Shown here piece after piece: positions 51,948 through 60,900 of a stretch of DNA of 64,000 nucleotides. Source of the stretch: Haliotis rufescens (taxonomy: Eukaryota); assembly GCF_023055435.1 (NCBI RefSeq), contig NW_025963779.1, positions 61,070,001-61,134,000 of the forward strand. The letters are read 5' to 3'. The notes under the pieces were generated by a model. It was not told where the DNA came from and searched no databases. It saw nothing but the letters and a program-made list of their open reading frames with translations. The position numbers and the translations under genes are program-made. Position 1 is the stretch's first letter. Each line of letters starts with the position of its first letter.

Positions 51948-54900
51948 GAAGTAGTTGCTGTGTGAATGCTGCATCCAACACTGTGACCTGACCCAGTCCC
52001 CCAGCCTGCTGTTGTTGTAGGCTGCGAGCCATTTGTAACTGGGCGAGAGTTGGGCGAGAGGGCACCTGTCCTGCTTTAGTGCTTGAAGCTTGGCTAGCGG
52101 CCCCGAGAAATATACTGGGGTTGGCGTTACGTATATGATTGCCAGTAGAGACAGAATTGGGAGTCTGCACTGGTTCCTCACTCATGAGTTGTCGCTGAAT
52201 GGCATCAATTGCCATTTGCTCAGTGACCGATGTTGGACCAATCTGCTGGTTGTTGGACTGCGAGTTAATACCTAGAATGTTATCTATTTCTTCCCAAGGA
52301 TCCATCAGTTGCTCCACTTCCTGCATCATATTCACTTCCTCGGCATTAGACGTTGATTGCTGCTGCTGAGTAATTGATGCAGTTACCTGGGTAGATGTTG
52401 ATAGTGTTGACATGTGGACAACAGCATGGGAGGATACTGGTGTTTGGGTCTGGGAGAGGGATGCTGCTGTCGTCACGGCCTGGTTTAGGTTGCCGGAGGT
52501 CAGTTCGTGCTGAAGATCTGCTGCTTGCTGGAGTATCTGCTGAAGCAGTGGATCAGAACTATCTCCACCGTTGGCTTCAATCTCCATACTCACTGACTCG
52601 TTGGCCTGGGATAAGGCCCACAGATGCTGGAAATTGTCAAAGCTGTTGGCACTGTCAGAATCCATGTTGTGAGGAGGTGGGACGCCGGGGTTCATTTGTC
52701 CCGAGTTTTCAACCCCTCCAATGGCACCATCAGGCTTTGTGTTGCCTGGGAAGGGTGCATTTGGGTTTGTGCGAGGATTGTCCCGTGGATTGGGAGTCAG
52801 ACTGCTCTCTTTGTCCACTCCTGTGTCGGTTGGATGTTGACGCAGCTCCTGGCTGTTGGAGCGGATTTGTATGAATTTGTCTGTGATGTTTTTTGGGATT
52901 CTCTGCTGAGGCAGTGCTGTGGGGTTCACAGTTAGCTGGGTGTTCACGACAGTCTCTTTGGCTGCCTTCTTTGACAACAGCTGGGCCAACAGGGCATTCC
53001 TCTGTGAGAGGCGGCTCTGGTGCCCAGGCGACACACTAGAATCACTTTCTAACACTTCCGTACTGTCCACATCAGAACTAGAGGATTTACGTTTCTTTTG
53101 TCGTATCCTCACATCACCGGCCTTCTCAGAACTTTTGTCACCTTTCTCCCACAACTTTGTGAGAAAATTATCCAGATTCTTGTTCTGCATGAGACCACTC
53201 TGTTCAACATTCTTCTTTGCAGGTTCAGAAAATACATCTTTGAGCATGTCAAACTGTGAGGCATCCGAGAAGCTGGCAGCACTCTGTGGTGTGACTGGCT
53301 GACTAAAGCCCGATGACTGCGGCTCCTGTTGACCTGACTGATGCCGCGACCTTGACCCACTTCCTACCTCCTGGTCCTGTATAGTACTTTCCTAAGAACA
53401 CAATAGAACAAGTATTGATGCTCATGTTATAGTGGTACCTAGAGCTAAGGATAATGTTAACAATGTTTAAAAGTGTATAGAGAGTTAACAACTTCAACAG
53501 ACATCTATTTATGGTACTAACAGGTGAGGTGGGGAGGTGAAATTGGGTTTAACGTCTGGTTCAAGATTATTGCACTTACATAGCAACGTGCATGCAAGCG
53601 TGTGCGTGTGTGTGCTACTGTGCTTGTAATAGTCCGGACTAATGCCGATTTAATAGTGCTAGCCAACTGAGATAACATGCTGCAGTTTTAACATGGATAA
53701 CCCACTCAGACACAGTTTACTGACTCTGAGCCAACAAGAGTCCTTGTTTTAGGCCCTTAATGCTGAGCGCCAGGCAAGGCAGCAACATGTACCATCTTTT
53801 AACGTCTTTTTGTATGACACGGCTGGGGATCGAACCCCAGACCTTCCGCTCTCTGGGCAGACGCTCTACCACTAGACCACAGAGGCAGTCAGGTATTAAC
53901 AGAGATACCAACCCTAACTGAAGCTTTGGAGTCATCAGTGGGGCAAAATACAATTTCATGTGAAAAAGAGTAACGTTAACAGTACAATGTTGCAACTTTT
54001 AGCTTCCACATTTTCTATAGTCCTAGACAAAGTGAAATGTATATAACTGTTTTTCAGACAGACAATGTGGTGTTTCACGTTCTGAAGTGATTCTGAAGTG
54101 TACATGAAGTGTACATGCTCATTGGTGAGCAGTCTCACTGTAGAACACATCATGTCACAGGTGCATTGGTTATATTTTAAATAATTCATGAAAAATAACC
54201 CCCCAAATATCATTTTTTGGAGGACAAGAATAATAACATAATTTAAGCTAAATATTCTAACTATTATGCCAAAATCTTAATGGCTGGCATCTTTGTATAA
54301 ACACCAAAACATTTTTCTTTTAAGTCGCATCATGTGACCATTCACAGTACTCTGGCCTGAAATCAGCTATATCTCAATTGAAACTTTACATGGCAAATGA
54401 TAGAAGAAAAATCATAAATTTATTGTACAAAATCTTTTGTTTTCAGTCAAGGTGTTTACTTTGTGCTTCCGTATAGGACACTGATACGCCCAGCAGTTTC
54501 TCTCTACATCACACATGACCTGTAATAATCCCGTCAAGATCCTCATCCCCAGAGTATGATGACATCAAATTACCGAGTGTCATCATTTCAGCGGCACTCA
54601 GTGAGTGAGTGAGTGAGTGAGTGAGTTTTGGTTTTACGCCGCTTTTAGCAATATTCCAGCAATATCACAGCGGGTACACCAGATATTGGCTTCACACATT
54701 GTACCCAAGTTGGGAATCGAACCCGGGTCTTCGGCGTGACGAGCGAACGCTTTAACCACTAGGCTACCCGACCGCCCCCGGCACTCAGTAATGGGAACCA
54801 CACTCCAACTAGATTACAGGTATTCTAGCTTATTTTGCCATAACAATCTCCAGGTTACTAGGGCCCGTGAAGATTCCGGGATAGAATAGGTCTTCAGCAA

Positions 54901-57900
54901 CCCATACTTGCCGTAAAAGGCGACTATGCTTGTCGTAAAAGGCGACTAACGGGATCGGTCGGTTAGGCTTGCTGACTTGGTTGATGCATGTCATTGATCC
55001 CAATGCTCATGATATTAATCACTGGATTGTCTGGTCCAGACTTGATTATTTACAGACCGCCGTCATATAGCTGGAATATTGCTGAGTGCGGAGTTAAACA
55101 ACAAACAAACAAACAAACAACCAGGTTACTAGCAAGACAAGACAAGAACAAACAAGAGAACAGCATTATCACTATCACATTAGAAATGAGTTGTTCATAT
55201 AGTAGTGAATAAGAACTATAAAAAAGAGTCCTATAAAGTCTTTTGAGAGATAGGCACTTGGGCTGCTTTATGTCGTCAGAAAAAATGAATAAAAGTGAAA
55301 TTAAATACACAAAAGCCACCTTCTCTGGAAAAAATAACTCTTGATAAGTATCTCCTAGATAAGCTAACTTCAGTAGTTTCTGAGATAATTTGTAACCAAT
55401 GCAGACACTTTGCACCAAGTCAAAATAACATGGATAAAGGGCCATAACTCTGTAAAGAAATAATTGACAGGGACCAGTTTTTTAACTCAGTCTTGACAAA
55501 TTTCTCTCAGATAAGCATGCAAACTTTCGTTCATATAACTTCAACAGTTTCTGAAAAAACCCGTCCCCATTTCACACAGAATGAGATCATGTCCATTAAC
55601 ATCAGTGTGCAAAATTTCAGTTCTCTAACATGAATAGTTTTTGAGAAAATTTTTCTACATTGAGAAGCAAACGGACGGACAAACTCCATTCCCTTATCCA
55701 ATGCCCCACTTGATGGAGGGGGATAACAAGAATTTTTTTCTCTAAAACACCCTGTATGTCTAAGGCCATGTCAAAACTTTCCCTTGAGAACACTCACAGC
55801 TGGAGCAGATGTGCAACTCTCATCTTCATCCTCCTGGAGCAGCTTCTGCAGCAGCTCCGAGGTCTGCCGCTTCCCGTCCCCATCAAGCCCAACTTCATCG
55901 ACTGGGGAGTTCAGCTCGCGCTGTAACACCGATTGGAGGCTCTTGTTGGATGAATCACTGTTCTTGTCATCACTCAATAGTTGCTGTCAACACAGATTAG
56001 TTACAGGTTTAGGTGGTGTTAAGATGGAGACAGAACCCAAAAGGCAAGCCCAAGAGGTCCAGGTTCCAAAAGATACTGAGGCTATGACTGCCGCAGCTCA
56101 GTCAGTGAATGTTGTTTACTGCCACAGCCAGGAAGATTCCAGCTACTGCACAGCAGCCTGTGAATATTCGAGTCTGGACGATGCAAACCAGTGACTGAAA
56201 GTATGAGCATCGATCCACGCTTTTGGGGTGCGATGATACACATTCAAGCAGGAGAGCTTGACTAGTCAATCCACATATCAGTTGGATCCTTTGACAAGCA
56301 TCAAATACTGGTCCAGAATCAATGAGAGCCTGCCATGACTCTCATGTGTAGGTTTACAGTGACTGTAGGCCTTAGACTAGTCAGAGGCAGCAGAGCACCA
56401 GATCATCACAGAGTTTAGCAAATCAGGAAACAGGGACACAAATATATCATCTTTTCCCATGTATGACAAAGAGGTTTAAGTGTCCATTGGAATTTAATTG
56501 TGCCATGAGGGAAACACTTAATTACTCTTCATACTCAGTGGCTGACATTTCACTATGAGCAGTTTTAATTTTGAAACTTTACCTGCATTCCTTGTCAATG
56601 AGATTGATAACAACCTAGTCAATAAAAAATACCTAGGTTTACTCCAGGACCCATATTGAGAATTGAGTGTGTTCACATGTTCACTGCACATTTTGTCCGA
56701 AGCCTTTGGCAAAAGACAATTCAACACTGGTTTTGTGCATAATATACACCACATCAAAATGTATTTTTCTCAAAAAGTATTATTTCTAAGTATGCATGTC
56801 CATCAGGCTACATTAACTTATCTTAACTATGCTTCAACAATCTTCAACACGCCATTGGCAGTCTACTTTAGTACTTAATACAAGAACTTTCCAACCCTGT
56901 ACTATATCCTGGGCCACATGGAACCGAGTGTTTTCCATTATGTCACTAAGCACCATCATGAAAAAACAACACTGTATTTCCCTAGCTGCCAACCTGGACA
57001 AATTAAAATTAATATCTTGTTAAGATTTTCTGATCAGGACACCAAAACCTGTCAATAGGAATTGTCTTCAGTACGTAACAGTCATGTGATTCCAAAATTC
57101 AGTTTGATAATTTATCGCTTAGTTTCTATTTCCACTACAGCCGAAAATATGAGTGTAGTGTCACGAATGGACAGATGCAACACTATAAATAGACTTCATA
57201 CCAGTCAATAAACATAGCAGATGGTGTAAAGCAGGGTTTTACCTTGACCTACAAAACTAGGGGTCCCCTGGACCCCAATTACTAATTTCAAGGGTCAAGC
57301 GCCAGGCAAGGCAGCAACAAGTACCATCTTTTAACGTCTTTTGGTATGACATGGCCGGGGATCGAACTCCAGACCTTCACAAAATACAATTTCATGTGAA
57401 AAAGAGTAACAAAACTATGTTGCAAAACCAGGGGTCCCCTGAACCCCCAATTACTAATTTCAAGGGTCCTTGCAGAAAATATGAGGGCCCTGTAAAGTAA
57501 TGAAATGGTGTTGAGTACTGTATTGTAAGATTTGATAATTACCCTAATTAAAGGATCTTTATATTTCTTGTCCAGAATAAATATTATTGTGCATCCCTCA
57601 GGACACAATATATATTATTTTCTGCATCAATTTTATATATATATGAGTTCTGGGCACGCATTCTGCGTCCCGTAAAACCCTAGTGTCAGTCTAAACAATG
57701 ACCCTGTTCACTGGTGTCATGCATAGCTTTCTCATATTCAGCTGAATTTGTTTTCTCTCTGTGATGAGAAAGCAGCAACAACTAGAAGCAGATACAACAG
57801 TACAGTTCTGGCTGAAAATATTAACTCCTGGTTCTTGGGCACTGGCTCGAAAACGTTGCTGCAGAGGGCATCAAGAAGTATTCTTTGCTGGTATTGTGTT

Positions 57901-60900
57901 TCTGTGTTGTTTAACACCGCACTCTGCAGTATTCCAGCCATGTTACAGCAGCCTGTATACAACCATGTTTGGACCAGACAATCGATATTGTGACAAAGTC
58001 AACCCTTACGACCAGCATTGGTTTGTGGGGAGCAATTATAACCAGGTATTTGGATGGTATTGTGAAAAAGCTAGCTTTCCAGGAACAAGGCCGAAGAACC
58101 AGGATACATTAAGGGAGTAAGTCAAAAATCTTAATTCCTTAAGTTTGTGGATGGGGTTAAAAGGTCTGCAAATTTTACATCCGACAAAATGAACTGAATA
58201 ACATGAGTGATTATGCCAGTTTAAGAATCTTCTCTTGAGTGTTTGCATTGTCACACAAATTAGGCTATGATATGTTCTCATCAAGTATGATTAGGTAGTA
58301 TGATTTTTTAATAAGTAAGGGGGGATGGGGGTGGGTGTGTGAAAGGATTAAACTTTTCAACTGCTCCCTTTATTTATTAAGGTCACCATGTACCAACACA
58401 TGCGTCACCAAATCATAAGCAAGGCTTCAAAATTCAAAAGTAAGGTTCAACTCAACTAATCTGCCATAGGATAGCATTTGTTTGTGACAAATGTTCTCAT
58501 GGTGTGGATAAACAGCAGCAGAAACTAACCCATTTGGGTCAATTAGATATATTTCAAAACCTTCCAAATTTACTACAAGTCCTGTCTGTGGTTATGTTAA
58601 CCATTATGAATTTGGATTGGGATGACAGGACTAGTTCTGGATTCTAAATATAGAATAAAAACCTGAATGGTCTTAGAACTAGGAGATCTGCCTTACTTTT
58701 GAAACTCTGATAGCATTCTAATAAAAAAGGCAAAGAAAGAGATAGTGAATAGTTTGTTTACCCTGAGTCCTACCTTGAGTAGAATGTTGGATGGTTTCTT
58801 CGCTTCCGCCTCATTCTTGTCCATTTCAATGCCGAACTTGTCCCCCTGGGCCCCCCCTGTGTGTGGGGAGCTGCTGATCTCTGTATCCATGGTAGGGAGG
58901 TCTTCCTCCTGGCTCAGGAGCTTCTTGAGTATTGCGTTATCCTTCTTCTCGATGCCGTCTGCCCTATGTGAACCAGACGGCTCCACATCATCATTCGACG
59001 TACTCTGAGGCTTCTCCGGCGGGCTCTGTCCTGGCCCAGGCTGAGGAGACTGTCTGGTTATATCCATAGATGACTTAGATTTCATTAAAGACCGCTCATG
59101 GAAAGTTCGGCCAGAAGATTCATTTGTCAGGGATGTCAACTGATCAAACGAAGCTTTACTGGTTAACAAACGACACAGTTTTCCTCCCCGTGCGTTCCCC
59201 CGGGAATCATTGTTCATATCACCTCCGCTGAATATATGCTCGGATGAGCCGAGTCTGAGGGCTGGGTCTGGAAGGTCTGACACAGAGGATTGGGAGTCCA
59301 TAGACTGGAGTGCCTGTAGAGGGCTCTGCTGGTTGGCCACTGAGCTGGACACTGGCTGGAGCTCTCCACTGATGGAGGGGGAGGAGAACCGGGACCATAA
59401 TGTCTGGTTGGAAGGGACACCTGCATAAAAAGTCACTGTCAGCCAGGGCATGTAGGTTTGGTTTTCATTCATATAAACTACTCAACAGAAGTTAAAGTGA
59501 GTGAGTGTGGTTTTACGCTGCTTTTAGCCATATTCCAGCACTATCACGTCGGGGGACACCAGAAATGGGCTTCACACATTGTACCCATGTCGGGAATTGA
59601 ACAGAAGTTAAAGAACATCTGATGCCATTACAGATTAACTTTAGTGAAATATAGAATCAGGTATTTTCAAACTTCTTTCGAGTGGTATACTTCATATACC
59701 GCATTCGACGTAATAAGCGCCCCGCTCTAATAAGCGCCCACGGCGATATTTGCTAATATATTGGCTAGAGAACAATCCCAATTAGCACCCCTTTGATCAA
59801 TGTAGACAAGATTTATTTATTCGAGTATAATACGCACTCGTGTGTTATATGCACCCTTAATTATGGGCAATTAATTTCTGGAAAAATATATCTCTCGTAT
59901 ATAAACATTTCAGGCTGTCAGTAAAAACCACGAAATTTATCTTTCAACTCTGTTTTTTACACCAAAATAATATTCTAATAAGAGCCCCCTATTTCTAATT
60001 TTGAGAGCGCCCTGGGCGCTAATTACGTCGAATACGGTATCCAAATATCCAGCGTTAGAAATTGGCACTAGTCCTATAGTCCTTACCAAACTGCCCAATA
60101 GTAAAGATATCCTAAGGACTAGTAGAAATTGGCCAATTTTAAGGGTTTTGCTATATGTTATCACTATATGGACTAGTGGACAAAACCTCTTAGTTTCTAA
60201 CCCTGATATCATACTGAATGCTTGAGTGTTTGCTCCACTTTGATGTATAACGCCACACTCAATATTCCAGCTGCATGAAAGCAGCCTGTAAATAATCAAG
60301 TGAATGATATTATGTGCAAGGTGCAAGGTGCAACACATCATTTGGCAATGTTCCAGTAAAGTGCATGTTAGTGTCAATCTAACCCACTGATATTGGAGCT
60401 ACCCAATATTGACAAAGTTTATTACTCTCAAACTCTTTCATGAGAGGCTGTAGATCAACAAAACTATTTCCAAATCCATTCTTATTTGTGAAGTTATCAT
60501 CCGGAATATGTGCAAAGATTGCGGAGAGAGACTGAACCACTGCCACCAATATGACAACCCTAGACCACCACATGCCGTCTGTGCCAAAGATGTTCGACTC
60601 TAAAAACTTGTTTTGGCATTAGTTTCAACATACTTTAGTTTTTGTTAATGGACTAGTATTGGTGGTCTTACTTGACCAGAAGAACTTCTACAAAGTTTGG
60701 GCTTCAGACTAGTGGCTAAAGTCGCAGACTGCAGATGGTGCTTGTTTGAAGAAAACTTGCATTGAAATTAAAGCTTCTGTTTGTCATAAAGATAAATTTC
60801 AATATACCATACCAAAAGACTTAAAGTGAGTAAAATTGTGCAAAATGATTCATTGACACCCAAGAAGCCTGCCGATCTGCTAATTCTCACCTGGCTGGGG

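Noticed and set aside
52090-53302. + strand ORFs overlapping the large NCOA exon (also at 58745-59428 and 60826-61534)
   Set aside because: Antisense shadows of coding sequence with no recognisable domains
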